A program made the position numbers and the translations under genes. This document shows positions 14,701 through 28,818 of a stretch of 64,000 nucleotides of DNA, piece after piece; the first letter of the stretch is position 1, and each line of letters starts with the position of its first letter. This DNA is from Octopus sinensis. Lineage: Eukaryota. Below the pieces are notes generated by a model, which was not told where the DNA came from, did no database searches, and saw only the letters and a program-made list of their open reading frames with translations. The stretch lies in NCBI RefSeq assembly GCF_006345805.1, contig NC_043004.1, positions 61,628,001 through 61,692,000 on the forward strand. The letters run 5' to 3'.

Positions 14701-17271
14701 AAGAGATATCCTAAAATGATATACCAAACCTAAGTTTCTGACTTCATACAACAAATTTCACTAGGTGATAATCAGGGATGCACGTGTAGAAAGTTAGTAA
14801 ACTTCAAGCGAGAGGCAGCTAATATAGGGAATAAGAATTGGATAGTATAGGATAAAAGAAATACTTATCAACATCGTATGTTACACGATTTTCTCGCATC
14901 GGAGCCAAACGAAATTTCGATAAGATGATTATTTCTATACAATTCATGGTTTAGCAACTAACACTGCTGAGAATGCGAATGAAAACACCAAAAGTATAAG
15001 CAGTGGAACTTGTAGAATGATAGACGTAATTATTTCATAAATCGCTGATATTCGTCATAGCAATCCATCCCGGCGTTTCCCGGGTTTATGATCTACAGCA
15101 CATCGTATTGTTCCTTTATTATGGACAGAATCGGTACAGTTAATGTATAGGGAACTGGATTACTGCCGTAATGGAAAATTTTGTTTGTTTAAAGATGAAA
15201 GGTGAGGGTAAAATTTCCATGGGTTTACATGAAAATGCTTCCTGTTCTTAAGAAGGATCACGAACTACGTATGTTTTCATTGTATAAAAAGGGGTTAATA
15301 GGATTTTTACCCAGAAATAACGTTATCAAAATTTTAATTTCCCACTAGCCCCACCGCAAATCCTTAGTTTGTAAATTTTTTTGATTGTTTTTTATCCTCG
15401 CAGAAAAATACAAAGATTACGGATCTGGGAATATATATATAGTTTTTAAAGTTAAATGTTTTTAAAGAAACACTCAATGCCGTTTCCCCACCTCGCCCAC
15501 ATAGTACCTACTCACTTTTTAAAAAGCTAAAACCTCCCAGTGTTTCACTTTCGTATGATGTCTCACGCATGCGTGAATTATACTGAAATACCAGACGTAA
15601 AAAAAAGTACAAAAAATCCAACATGCTAGAAACAACTAAACGACGTTGTTTCTGAAGAAACCTCAACGTTTTCTAAAAAGCTAAAAGGGAAACATTGAGA
15701 GTTTGTAGCTTTTTGAATGTGGTGAGGTGATGAGTGGATGTTTGGGGAGGAGATTTTAGTGTTTCTTGACGAAAAACGAAGAAAATTCTTAAAGATTCGT
15801 ACTATGTTTCTTTCTCCGTGGATTAACAAGAAAAAAATTGGAAAAGAGTAAAAAAAAGTAAAAATTGGGGGAACGTGTTTCTTCGGGCGAAATCCTAATT
15901 TCCGTTATCAAAAACACAGAATTGGAAAGAAATTTAGGACAAAAAAAGCTGTAGTTACGGTGGAGGTGGGGCAAATGTCCTGTCGGACATGCTAGAAGCA
16001 ACAGGTACAGCACAGGATTTTAGAAAAAATTCCTTCTAAGCTTATATCGAAGTTCATGTTTTTAAATACGCTCTTCACAAACGCGAATTACAGAATAGAA
16101 AAAAAGTCGTTTCAGTTGACTTTGAGCTGTATTTTGCGCGTAAACACAGCAAGAAATAACATAATCGGAACAGAAGTTTTATCTATAGTGTGTGTGTGAG
16201 TGTGTGTGTGTGTGTGTGTGAGTGCACGTGGAGTGTATGTGTGTGCGAAAGGAGGTTATTTTATGGCATTGTTTCGTTTGAAGAGGCGAAGTTATCCACT
16301 CGATCACATGGTGGATCATATAGGATCATATGATTTTTTGTTACCTTCTGTAGGTTTTATCATTTCTTTATGCTTTCAAGAGAGCGTAAATGAAAATGCA
16401 TCATTTGCCTTGAAGTGAGAGAAAAATGTGAAAAAGAGGAGAAAGTGAGATATATGTACGTGTATATGAAATGGAGGTGTGTGTGTGTGTGTATGTGTGT
16501 GTGTGTATGTGTGTGTTTTGTGTGCGTGTGCGCGTTTGCTCATCTGTTATACTCTATTTCAATTTTATTTTCTTTCTGATTTTTTTCTATTTATTCTGTT
16601 CGGCTGACCATTCGTTGGTTGTTAGGTTGTTAGGGTGTAGAGAATTTGTTTACTTCTGTAACAATGGAGACTTCATAATGAGGACTTAGCCTGTAGATTA
16701 GCTATGCCGAGGAGTGCTTGTTACACGACGACTTGCATAATGAACGTCAGCAAGTTAATAATAATTGTATTCAATATTCTACCTGATCACTGCTTATGTT
16801 TTGGAAGCACACATACATATATCACAAACATACACACATACTTACAGATACATACATATATACAGGCGTGCGCACACACTCACACACATATATGTATATG
16901 CATGTGTCTACGCATGTATGCATGTATGCGTCCATTCTATTGGAGGTCTGCACTTCGGCAGGTTCTGGGCATACGAACCTTCTCCAATACCTGTTGTGAG
17001 GGTTCAAACTCTTTCTAGCTGCCATGAAATTGATTGCTGAACGTTTACTTATTTTGGCTAGACTTGAGATGAAAACTGGTGTGGCTTTCCATTGCGCTCT
17101 CTAGGCATATCTTAGTGGATTTCATAATGTAGAGAGCAGAACATATACCGTAGAAAATCTCTGCCGATGTGCCAACGATGTCCCACTCCCCGATCCACAG
17201 TACAACGCAATTGATATTTCAATGAGTTCTGTTTTTGTAAGAAGAATACGCCAAATCAAACGCTTTCCACT

Positions 17272-17275
17272 AATG

Positions 17276-17366
<91 letters not shown>

Positions 17367-17368
17367 TA
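17272..17368. repeat. (AAT)n microsatellite
   Basis: Direct reading. Confidence 0.97.
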
Positions 17369-17490
17369 ACGACCCAAAATGCGTGGAGTACTTGCAGAGA
17401 ATGAGACTGATACTTAAGTCGAAATTAAACGGACGGGATTAGATTGAAGCTATGAACACCTGGGAGGTTGCACTCCCAAGATATGGAGGA
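17369..17490 (+). pseudogene. R4/Dong-type LINE RT C-terminal fragment
   Basis: EYLQRMRLILKSKLNGRD*IEAMNTWEVALPRYGGG matches the EY.rR.r.iLkskLNg.Nki.AiNtwAv..lrY motif; begins immediately after (AAT)n. Confidence 0.65.
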
Positions 17491-17890
17491 GGGGGTAATC
17501 GCATATCCGCGTCTTTCCTAGATATTGGTCTGACATCAAAACTATATTGGCTTAACAAGAAATTCCCCAGAATATCGCCAAAAATACCTCAGTCAACACA
17601 TTCATGTATGTGCAGAACGATTACAACCACAGTTCGTAATTTTCCCATTGTATCAACTTGCCTTCTGGATCTGAACGCTAGTAAGAGTAACTAAAGAAGC
17701 CTCATTTATCGAAAAATACAAACGAGAATTAAATATGAACCCATCTTAAAAGCAAGACTTACTTCATCAAATGTGTGATGTAAGCCAGAATAAAGTAGAG
17801 AACATAAAAAAATAATACAAATTACAGATTTATCTCCCCTTTACTGTAAAACAAATGAATGTAGTATTATCTCCCTTAGCAATGTATATA

Positions 17891-19325
17891 TCTCTATATA
17901 TATAAAACTGAGAATGTGTGTCTGTCTGTCTGTGTGTTCCCCTAAAACTTTAGAACTACACAACCAATTTCATTCAAATTTTACACATGCCTTATTTAGG
18001 GTCCATGTAGTTTCATGGGCAAAAAAATACTCAACTTCTTGCCTACGGCGAGCCCATTGCAATTTCTTCTCCACAATTTCAGTATTACGTGTTAAAAGTG
18101 AAACAAAAACATTTCTCTATTTTATGTCAGATACTTTCGCTTTAACAATAAACATTAGAGATAATAATAACAATTGAATTATATGTAGTAAGTAATAATT
18201 AAAATCAAACTAAAGTATAATATAATCGTAACATAACATAATTAAAAATAGCAATTTGTATAAAATTGCGTCAATGACTTGAAATTGAATAAGTGGTTTC
18301 ACATGAATGGGAATAAATTAAAAATAAAATCCAGATGGACAATTATACATAAAGGACTATAGCTTTAATTGCGTACTGCTTTTTGGTTCAACGTAAGGTT
18401 TGTTGTTATTATTATTACTGTTTAACTATTGTTATCACGTTTGTTGGTTCCTCCTAAGGGAAACGTTGTTGTTTTGCATTTGTTAAATAATTGTAAACTG
18501 TAACCCTCACCCTTTGGGAGAAGGAGCTTTGATTATTGTTTAAAAATTGAATTGTGTCCTTGTTTGGGGAAATTGACAATATTTTCACCGTTTACACGGA
18601 AGCATCTTTGTTAGAATGCCTTCGATAGAAGAAAGTCCAAAATTGAATTTCACTGCAGCCGTCAGCGGGCGCGAACTCATTAAAATTAAAATGGAAGAAA
18701 TACAAACCTATTTCTGATTGATCACCGACAAAGACGGTGAGTCTAGGATAACACCAACAAACAAAATAAAAAATCAAATTAAAGAAAAGACTATTGTCTA
18801 TAAAGTATACAATGTAGAGAAAAAAAATATTTGAACACCTGGAGGAAAGCACCATCGAAAAGTGTCTTGGTGCGAATATAAAAGATATCTAACCAGAGGC
18901 GGTAAATTCGCCGCAATAGAAACAAGGTTCGAGTCAACGGAGCGTGCAAGGGAGTACTTGACTCGAAACTTGCAAAGTGGAAATATTTTATTTTTACCTT
19001 TATATCTGGGACGTAGGACGTCCCAGATAAAAATTTAAAATCCCCCCCCCCAGAAGTAGAGGTAGGCTGGATTGTAGCCACACTTCTATACAAGAGGGGG
19101 GACAAGATACAATTGATTGAAATTGCAAGAGACGGGCCTACAATTCCTGCCAGTTATATATTTTGAGTATTGTTATCACTAGCGATATCAAGATATAACT
19201 TTGTATTTTGTATTTTATGTATAAATGTATATATATATAGATGTACATGTAATATGTACACATATATATACACATATATACATGCACATGCACTATGACC
19301 CGGCAACGATGGGCCTTTAATGCTA

Positions 19326-19326
<1 letters not shown>
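17891..19326 (+). mobile_element. Non-autonomous Helitron-like element (~1.44 kb)
   Basis: 5' end A|TCTCTATATATATAAAACTGAGAATGTGTGTCTGTCTG; 3' end GC-rich imperfect hairpin (gacccggcaacgatgggcc) then CTAG|T at 19323-19326; lies between A and T with no TSD; 5' ~170 bp shared with 63196-63365. Confidence 0.55.
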
Positions 19327-19371
<45 letters not shown>

Positions 19372-19578
19372 TCCCCCTAGCAACATATCTTTTTGAACTG
19401 TCAGTTTGATGAACAGTGTTAACCTGGTCCTTATTTCAAATATGTTGACGAGCAAAACATCATTTTGTACAACATGTTATATAATTATCATCATGGCTCT
19501 ATTATACTCTTAAATTCTGTAAAACAAAATTTTCTGTTTTTCTATATTTTCTCTTTTCTTTCTCTGTCTCTCTCCTCT

Positions 19579-19626
<48 letters not shown>

Positions 19627-20649
19627 GACACTGTGAGCTATTCAAACACGCGGAGAACCCATCGAAACTGACATAAACGCATTGGCGCAGAAGAGATTGT
19701 TCGCTTCATTAGGATTTCTATCATGTTTGTTCACACTGGAGTTTCTTTAGATAGTGAAGTGCCTCTATTTTGTCCAAAGTAGTTCCGATGAGGCTTCTGT
19801 GAGCGTAATTCGAGAACCGAAATTTATGTGTTTGCCTCGACATCATAAGTAGGTCGTTCAAAACAGCGCCTACTGTATTTCATTATTCACTGTCCCTAAA
19901 AGATCTCGTGTTTTATCATCTATTTCATAAATATTTTCTGCAGTAAGTCCTGTGCCATTATTGTCCGCCTCTGTCTAAAAAACAAAACTTTCATAATGCT
20001 CTGTGTTTTTGAATGGGCAACTCTGATATATTCGTTTAAATATCATTTGTTCGTATTTTAAGCTCATAAATCTGTATGTATAATTACAACACTTTTTCTT
20101 TGAAATATTTTGCTTCACTGATTAACATGAATGAATGTCATTCATCCATCTAATATAATTGATGAACCACTAATTACGCTTCAATCTATAAGCCTAGAAA
20201 CAATATTACCCCAAACCATATCTTCAGTCCGCTTTGTCAGATTGATCTGAGGTTAGAAGTACAAGCAAGTATCAACAAATAAATGGCTTGCACATTTTGA
20301 GATGTACATATACATGTATATACTAAACAGCATTAATGTTCCCAGAATGAAGTGAATGAATGTTACCCTCCTACCCTCCACAAATAATAGAGACATCTCA
20401 TTAAAACTCGGCTTCAACGAGGAGGACACCTTAGATATTGTAGTTCCCTGTTTACAGAATATGGTAAAATTATAGTTCTAGGCCTGCACTCCACTTCGTA
20501 GCAATGCTTCATCGTAGCTACGTAGAGCTAATCAACAGCTTAAATAACAGCCTATTGAGAGGCTCTCAATAAAGCTAGTAATCGTTTAATGTAAAATGTG
20601 CAACATCAGTTCAATTACAAACTACACATTAAGAATTTTACTTATTAGT

Positions 20650-21010
20650 ATTATTTATTAGGGCCTCCGTCGGTCATGGCTGACAATGGATGATGTCTTC
20701 CAGCCGTTGAGTTGTCTATTCAGTTTTTGCAACGCCTCCTGTGGCTATAGAGACTGATGCGAGAGTGGTAGTCTCGTTTGCAGAGGTCACACCTATACGT
20801 TGAACCCGGTCTGTTGGCTGTCATTTCTTTTCTGTGGGCTCGGTTTTCAGCCACCCTCAAATTCTCTTCACTGATCTGCAATTGTTTGTGAAGAGTGCCT
20901 CTCCAGCTGATTCGGTCGGCTGCGAGATCCTCCCAGGAATTGGTGTTGATGCCAAGTGACTTCATATCCTTCCTGCACACGTCACTGTACCTCAGCTTCG
21001 GGCGGCTAAT
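20650..21010 (-). mobile_element. RTE-clade LINE 3' end (ORF C-terminus with C2H2-like finger + short 3' UTR)
   Basis: RPKLRYSDVCRKDMKSLGINTNSWEDLAADRISWR...YRCDLCKRDYHSRISLYSHRRRC (ORF 20720-20980), typical RTE terminus. Confidence 0.85.
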
Positions 21011-21111
21011 GTTTCTCCGATAAATGCTTAGTGTTAACGGATACGAGTTGGCAGACTAATTAGTGAGTTTCTTTCTTATATTATTTGGAATGTGATAGGC
21101 AATATTAATAT

Positions 21112-21960
21112 TGTAGTGTTCTAGTTTTCGTTCTATTCGGCCTCTACTACATTTGGTTATTGCTTTTGAAATTTGAATAAATTCATGCCATATCTGATGA
21201 ATGACTGGAACGGCAAATAGATAAAAATTGAGCATTTTGAAGTCATGTTGCTCTTAGCTTTAAATAAAGGGCACAAAGCGGCCACATTCGATCTAGATAT
21301 TTATATGAAGAAGGTGCCATTACTGAAAAATTGCACGGAAATTGTTTTCAAACTTGAAGGAGGTGAAATTCAACCTTACAAATTCGAAGCATTCCAACTG
21401 GGTTGATTATTTCAATGCAGATTTATCGAATCTTATATGAGAGCACGTGCGACAACCAACGTGAAAGTTGTCCCAGAAGATGGCATGTTCTCATGATTCC
21501 AGTGCCAGCCACATTCATTGCATTGCTAAACCGCAGATCTCGATAAATACCTGCTATATATTATGAATGAAGGTTACAAAGTCCAACGCTCCTCCAGCAT
21601 CACACGTTTGCTTGTTCGGTATTAAGTTTCACTGGACAAACACAGATTTCTTTGCTGCGTTGTCAACAGCAACGAAAACTTTGTCATTGCATGGATCTGA
21701 AGCAGAGGAAATAATATTAGCTTTTCGACAAGAAAAATAAAAATTAGAAAAAAATATATTCGCACCAAGCCAGAGGTGAATCCGTGCAAGACAAGCTGCA
21801 ATTTAATGTGATTGGGAAGGCCTCACATGCAAGGAAATGCCTGAAGACAACCAACGATGAGCTTTAAGTTCAACAAATGCGCCTTTTAAAATATTCAATC
21901 TATCTAATATGTTCGAAACGGCAAGTTGTGCTTCTTCAACCAAACAATGTTCGACCCCAA
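21112..21960 (+). pseudogene. Decayed mariner (Tc1/mariner) transposase relic
   Basis: Frameshifted pieces ERQIDKN EHF..LL..FNKG.KAA, YEEGAITEK, KPEVNPCKT...CDWEG and QVVLLQPNNVRP correspond to mariner HTH, HP.K.ML..WWD and LqHDNArPH motifs. Confidence 0.75.
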
Positions 21961-22308
21961 CCCATCCACAACGCTATTTCGACCAGAAACGCACTCCACG
22001 TGCATAATTGGTGGTGGTGATGGGATTTATACCATCCAATATTCCTAATTAGGTAACTTTAGATTACCAACGTTTCTGCTGCTATCGAATAGTCTGGGGA
22101 TCGTTTCAACAGATTTGGGAGGCGGTATTCATGTAGTGTTCTAGTTTTCGTTCTATTCGGCCTCTACTACATTTGGTTATTTCTTTTGAAATTTGAATAA
22201 ATTCATGCCATATCAGATGAATGACTGGAACGGCAAATAGATAAAAATTGAGCATTTTGAAGTCATGTTGCTCTTAGCTTTAAATAAAGGAAACAAAGCG
22301 GCCACATT
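21112..22308 (+). repeat. 177-bp direct repeat pair (21112-21288 and 22132-22308), period 1020
   Basis: Direct alignment, 4 mismatches in 177 nt. Confidence 0.95.
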
Positions 22309-22499
22309 AAGTTGAATAATTCTACTTAGTTAACGCTAGAGGATTTCGAATGCTTATGTATTGAGAAGACAGTAGAATGTTGGCAAGAAGTCTTGAAAAT
22401 TGATAAGAGAATATACTAATGTTAGCTTTGGTAAAATTGTTGGAATGATAAGGATTAATATTAACGGAAAGTTAGAATGAACAATCTGTCCATGTAATA

Positions 22500-22523
22500 T
22501 AAATATATATATAAATATTTATG

Positions 22524-22596
<73 letters not shown>

Positions 22597-22607
22597 ATAT
22601 ATACATG

Positions 22608-22638
<31 letters not shown>

Positions 22639-22716
22639 GTAGATATATATGTAGATATATATATGTATATATATATATATAGTATATGTATATATGTATA
22701 TATATATATATGTATG

Positions 22717-22811
<95 letters not shown>

Positions 22812-22828
22812 ATATATATATATATGTA

Positions 22829-22880
<52 letters not shown>

Positions 22881-22940
22881 CATATATATACATATATATC
22901 TACATATATATATATATGTGTATATATATATATATACACA

Positions 22941-23023
<83 letters not shown>
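22500..23023. repeat. Long interrupted (TA)n microsatellite
   Basis: Direct reading. Confidence 0.97.
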
Positions 23024-23025
<2 letters not shown>

Positions 23026-24642
23026 GTGTGTGAGTGTGCGTGTGTTAGTGTGTATGTAAATATATAGTGTGTGTGTATGGATGAATTCTTCGTCGTTCTC
23101 TTTGTTCGATGGAGCGTTGCATCTCACTGAAATGGGGATTTAACTAGCTAAGTCTCTGATTATTCGACACACATTTAATCTTATTGGAAGTCTGAGATGT
23201 AATCGCCGTGGCTCAATGAGTCTCTAAATATTGCAGCTTTAATTACAGTACAATTGGTCTGGAATCAGAACGCCTTTGGTACACTTTTCTATCAAACCTC
23301 AGATACAGTACATCATTCAACTCGTGTCGAATTTATACATTATTTGCCTGAAAGCATGCGAAGCGTGTTTGAAACCGGAACCTCGTTATTTCAAATTAAA
23401 CTTCTCAGTCATTCTACCTTTGTGCTTCTAAGAAACATCAAGTGGAAAAAAAGAACCAAGCAGACATTGTATATGTTATAGAATCAACATGTTCAATAGT
23501 CTATTAATATAATTGATAAGTTTGCCTTCGCCAAATGATCTAATTTACCATCAGTATGCATTAGTGTTGGTTCATATTGATTGGAAGTCTTCATTAACCT
23601 ACAAAATCAAGACAACAATAAGAGGCTAGAATGTATTATTGTTTGTTTTAGTATTGTTTTGTCATTTACATTTGCAGATAACAAGAAGGTGTCTGAGGGG
23701 AGGGCAGCTAAATGCACACATGCAAAGCAGTTAAAAAATTAACTTGGAATTCTCCGCTCAGATCTAATATATGTTACCAGTACCAGCATGAAACTAATTA
23801 TTTGGTTCTTACATTTCCACAAATTTAATAACTGTTAAATATAGATCACTTAGGTCTAAAGTAAGTTATTTTGCTAAGTGACGAGTAAATTAGAGAATGA
23901 AAAAGATAGACATAGGCACAAAATGCATAATGAAATAATAGATAAGATTGTTTCCACGACAAAAAATCAGCAATTACTATATTTACTTGCTTCTTAAAAT
24001 TGTGCGATTATGCGCACCAATCAGAGAGAAGACAAGAAAATATGAACATTAGCGTTTGAATAATTTCGTTGAAGTATAATTAGCCGACATTTTGGAGAGA
24101 ATCTGACAGATTATTTTTTCTTTACTAACTAACTAATTACGAGATTGCTGCTGCAAAATAGAACAAGGAGAAATAAAAAATCAACTAACAGTTTCGGTTA
24201 ATTTTCATACGGTAATTTCACGTCTACGCTGGGGAATCTATTATACGCGTATTATAACGTTTCATAATTTCCCAATTGTAATTCTTCCTTCTTTTAATAC
24301 ATATCTTTATATCTATTGCCACTGGAGCAATGATAAACATTATCTATTTCATGGTTAAACAATGGATAATAAAAGTAACGATGGAAACGCTCTTTTAAAG
24401 AGAGAAAATTAAGTACTCACAATTGTATATATGGGGAAATATCGTTACTAAAGCAATTGTCAAACCGGTAACACACATCAACAATTGATTTTGGTGATAT
24501 TTCTAACACGATAAGAGACTGGTTATCAGCTCCTTCAATAAAGTAATAAGTTGTAGAAATATAGACTCATATTTGGTTTTGGTTTTCATGCCAGGTAAAA
24601 TGAAAGATACTGATACATACATGCATATATACATACATAAGT

Positions 24643-24892
<250 letters not shown>

Positions 24893-25075
24893 CTGTATAT
24901 ACCTGTTGTATTCGTTCAGGATTTCCTGAGTAAAATTAAGACTTATTGCTTTGTGTTTTCATATACATTTTCTCTAAATCGAATTATGAAAATATCTATT
25001 TCAAATGCAGTTTCCATTATGTATATATATATATATAAAATCCCATTATGGTTGATGCAAGTAACATTAATTTCG

Positions 25076-25380
25076 TGGAGGCACATGGCCTAGTGGTTAG
25101 AGCAGCGGACTCGTGGTGGAGGGATCGTAGGTTCGCATCTCAGACCGGGCGATGTGTGTGTTTATGAGCGAAACACCTATGCCATACGGGGCTACGGCAG
25201 AAGGTAGTGGCGAACCTCTGCTAACTCTTTCGCTACAACTTTCTCTCACTCTTTCCTCCTGCATCTTTGCAGCTCACCTGCAACGGACCGGCGTCCCGTC
25301 TAGGTGGGGAACCTATACGCCAAGGTAACTGGGAAAACGGCCCTATGAGCCAGGCGTAGCTCGAGGAATAACAAACAACA
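25076..25380 (+). mobile_element. tRNA-derived SINE (family C head, body 1)
   Basis: A-box TGGCCTAGTGG, degenerate B-box GGTTCGCATC; GC-rich body with ggaccggcgtcccgtctaggtgggg; (AAC)-like tail. Confidence 0.8.
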
Positions 25381-25999
25381 GTAATTGTAGTAACTAATCC
25401 TGAGAGAAGTAACAGAATCGCACGCGTTCAGAGATATCCGTATACACAGCAACGACAAAAGCATACACACATGCACATATAAATACACGCACATTAACCC
25501 TTATTTCTAGTTCACAACAACAAATGAAATATTTATCATTATTGACGGCGTATGCATTAATAAACGTTCCCAAAATAATATCATTGATTTTATTAAAAAA
25601 TAAGTGTTCACAAATGGAAAATTAAAATTTTATAAGATAAACGCGGAACGTTTCAATCATTTGTGCTCGTCCATTCATTCTGAGAATAAGGTTCATGCTC
25701 ATACTATTATAATAATATTCCGCTTTTATTTCCACTCTCTAGTCAGACCATACTTATAATGCTGTATTAATTATTTAGTACTGGTATCGATCTCTAATTT
25801 CTGGGAAGCATTTCCATGCTGTTAAAACTCTAATATTACTCTACTATCGGCAAATCAATAGCTGGATACTATTAGATTTTTGAAATCAACCTTTAAGCTA
25901 TGCCAGGTATATTATTTCCAACCGTTTCAAAAGTATTTAAAATTGAAGGATGCATCAAATTTTGTGGTTAGTATTACATTAGATTCTATGCTTGATTCT

Positions 26000-26620
26000 A
26001 TGATGTGGCAAAGTCTCTTACTCTAAGCAAATACCTTTAAACTTGTAATTGTTGTTATAAGCCTAAAGTCGTTTAAAGCACAATTGAAGAGAAATCAACA
26101 CTATAAAGTGAAGATCGAAATTAAGGTGATATTCGCACGAGATTATTCGTGGATCTACGTACCAGTTTTGTGGAGTGACTGTCACAGATTTCTAATCCAG
26201 TTAGTAAGTGATTGTACAGACTACTCAGCCAATGGAACCCTCTTTCGTGGTTGATTTGCGCTGTACAGGAGAGCGGCTTTAGTGACATTAGAGTTTTAAG
26301 CGAAGAAAAGTTTTTGTATTTAAAAGTTAGAGTCAAGTATTGGTGAAAAATTAGAAGTGATGTTCGTGCAAGTAGTATATTAGCCGAGATGGTAGGATGC
26401 CATAAACGTGTATTGGACCTCAGTACTAAATACAAAATTAACCTACAAAACGCGACTTGGGAAAAGAGCAGTACTTGTTGTTTGTGCTTAGGCGCATGGA
26501 AGAAGTGTGTAATTTTCGGATTTGTAGAACTGTGCAAGATTGGCAAGCAACACAAATGGCGGTGATGAGTTGTGCATCGCGATACAGTAAAGAACAGAAA
26601 GACGAAATTTTTTAAATAAC
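26000..26620 (+). pseudogene. Very old R4/Dong-type RT fragment
   Basis: Pieces VKIEIKVIFARDY (cf. VkIrRGIFQGDs), DAINVYWTSVL (cf. AINtwAvsvl) and AHGRS...; heavily frameshifted. Confidence 0.4.
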
Positions 26621-26759
26621 TCACTGGCCGAAACGTCAACGAGATCTAGTGTACTGCTAAATTTCACCCGCCACATCCTGTTTCTTCAGTATTATCACTG
26701 AGATATTTTGCTATTAATAATCTACCAAATTAAAACTATATGTTGTTTGGCTTGGAGCA

Positions 26760-27077
26760 CACTTTCATGATGTATTTCGAACGTCACGTTACCACGTGAC
26801 CGACCAGTCCATCAGATGTAGTTACACATCGCTGGTCACAATGCGTTCGCATTGTTTTAGCCTTCGAATGACGCCACCCCGCTGGCTATGCGAGCAGGCC
26901 AACAGAATAAAGAGTGGTGAAAGAGTCCAGCAGGGATCACCACCCCCTACCGGGACCCTCGTGGAGCTTTTAGGTGTTTTCGCTCAATAAACACTCACAA
27001 CGCCCGGTCTGGGAATCGAAACCGCGATCCTACGACCGCGAGTCCGTTGCCCTAACCACTAGGTCATTGCACCTCCA
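26760..27077 (-). mobile_element. tRNA-derived SINE (family C head, body 2)
   Basis: Minus strand tggaggtgcaatgacctagtggttagggcaacggactcgcggtcgtaggatcgcggtttcgattcccagaccgggcg; A and B boxes present; first ~105 nt homologous to 25076-25180. Confidence 0.8.
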
Positions 27078-27789
27078 CATTTCGAACGTATATCACTCAA
27101 ATTTGAAAGGTCGTAAATTTACTGCTTCAATTATTCTGGATTTCGTTTATTTAAGCTTTTAATTTGAAGGATATTAACTTTGACATATAATGAAAAATAT
27201 ATTCCTAAAGCCAATGGCAAACCTGAATGCTTCTGATAGAAAGCCAACTGGTTGAAAGTAATTATTAATTCTAATTTCAACATATCTTCCACTCACTTTC
27301 TTCTCTCCCTCCCTCTACTCACAGTATGTGCGCCCATACAAACACACAGATATACAGGCCCATACAAACACACACATACACACACGCAAGCATGTGTAGA
27401 TGAATGTAAACGTATCTGCACACGTATATATAACAAAGTTAAAATCAAATTTTGCGTAAGACTGAAAAATAATTGAACATTTAGGATAGATACAGGATTG
27501 CGGGCGATAGTAATTAATATACCGAAATAATGAGTTGAGGAATCTGAAGAACTAGGCTAATTATTTGTAATTGGTATATACAAGCGATGATGATAACAGT
27601 GTTATCTAGTAATCAGAGTAGCACTGTAAATAAGGGGAACAGGGGCATACTGATTATATTGAACTCGGTGTTCCAGTTGTACTAATTTTATCGACCCAGT
27701 AAAATGAAAGGTAAAAGCAGAAGAAATGACTATCGTTTTCTCCAGTGCTAAAAATATTCTGCAATCTCGCCGACTTTGTTATAATAAAA

Positions 27790-27797
27790 GTAATAAT

Positions 27798-27844
<47 letters not shown>

Positions 27845-27927
27845 TAACAACAACAATAACAACACCAACAACAACAACAACAGCAACAATAATAATAATA
27901 ATAATATTAATAATAATAATAATAGTA

Positions 27928-27981
<54 letters not shown>

Positions 27982-27989
27982 TTAATAAT

Positions 27990-28041
<52 letters not shown>
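27790..28041. repeat. (AAT)n/(AAC)n microsatellite
   Basis: Direct reading. Confidence 0.97.
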
Positions 28042-28043
<2 letters not shown>

Positions 28044-28591
28044 GGCAGTACCAGGCAGTGGCTCTCATGGCTTCTGATCTTAACTGATTGGAAGTGTTAT
28101 CATGTACATTGTTTTGTCTTGGTATAAAAGATGGGCTACAGCAAATATTCTGCTCAATACCACAGATTTGCTTGTCAGTTGTTTGACCTTAACCTGTTGA
28201 GCATGCCCCTTAGTGGCTGACGATATGTGCATCTCTGATCACAAGCAGAAGTAGTGGGGGAGCATCATAGCCATGTGTTGAGAGGGATTCTTTGGGGTTT
28301 GAATAATTCACCTCTGGAAACATGGGTGGTTCTTTCAACATCCTTAAACAAGCCTTATTCAGGGACCGTTTGAGCGGGATGGGCTACTCAACCTGAAGAA
28401 AATTCTAACTGGGCACCCACCTGCAAGGTCATGTGCTGTTTATCTTGATATGAGATCACGATGTCGCTCACATATGGTTGTGATGCATGTGCCTGGTGTA
28501 CCTTTATCAGACGGGTAGTCATGATGGGTATATTGGGCTTCGTATATTTTACCCCAGTGTCACTTTGATGGCATGCACTGCTCTCTCACTC
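28041..28591 (+). mobile_element. ~550-bp non-coding retroposon embedded in (AAT)n
   Basis: Complex, relatively GC-rich 550 bp flanked on both sides by (AAT)n, ending ...gcatgcactgctctctcactc(aat)n; no ORF; recalled as an abundant octopus repeat (unverified). Confidence 0.7.
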
Positions 28592-28623
<32 letters not shown>

Positions 28624-28642
28624 TAATAATAATAATAATAAT

Positions 28643-28709
<67 letters not shown>

Positions 28710-28712
<3 letters not shown>

Positions 28713-28818
28713 CATGTGCCTGGTGTACCTTTATCAGACGGGTAGTCATGATGGGTATATTGGGCTTCGTATATTTTACCCCAGTGTCACTTTGATGGCA
28801 TGAACTGCTCTCTCACTC
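28710..28818 (+). repeat. Duplicate of the 3'-terminal 109 bp (28483-28591) of the preceding element, followed by (AAT)n
   Basis: Direct alignment, 1 mismatch (gcatgcactg vs gcatgaactg). Confidence 0.95.

Noticed and set aside
19785-19830. HHR-like ccgatgagg...ccgaaa
   Set aside because: Core is CCGAUGA; no stem I and no valid stem III/UH.
21112-22308. LTR/TRIM interpretation of the 177-bp direct repeats (TG...CA-like ends)
   Set aside because: No TSD, PBS or PPT; the repeat is the 5' end of the mariner relic itself.
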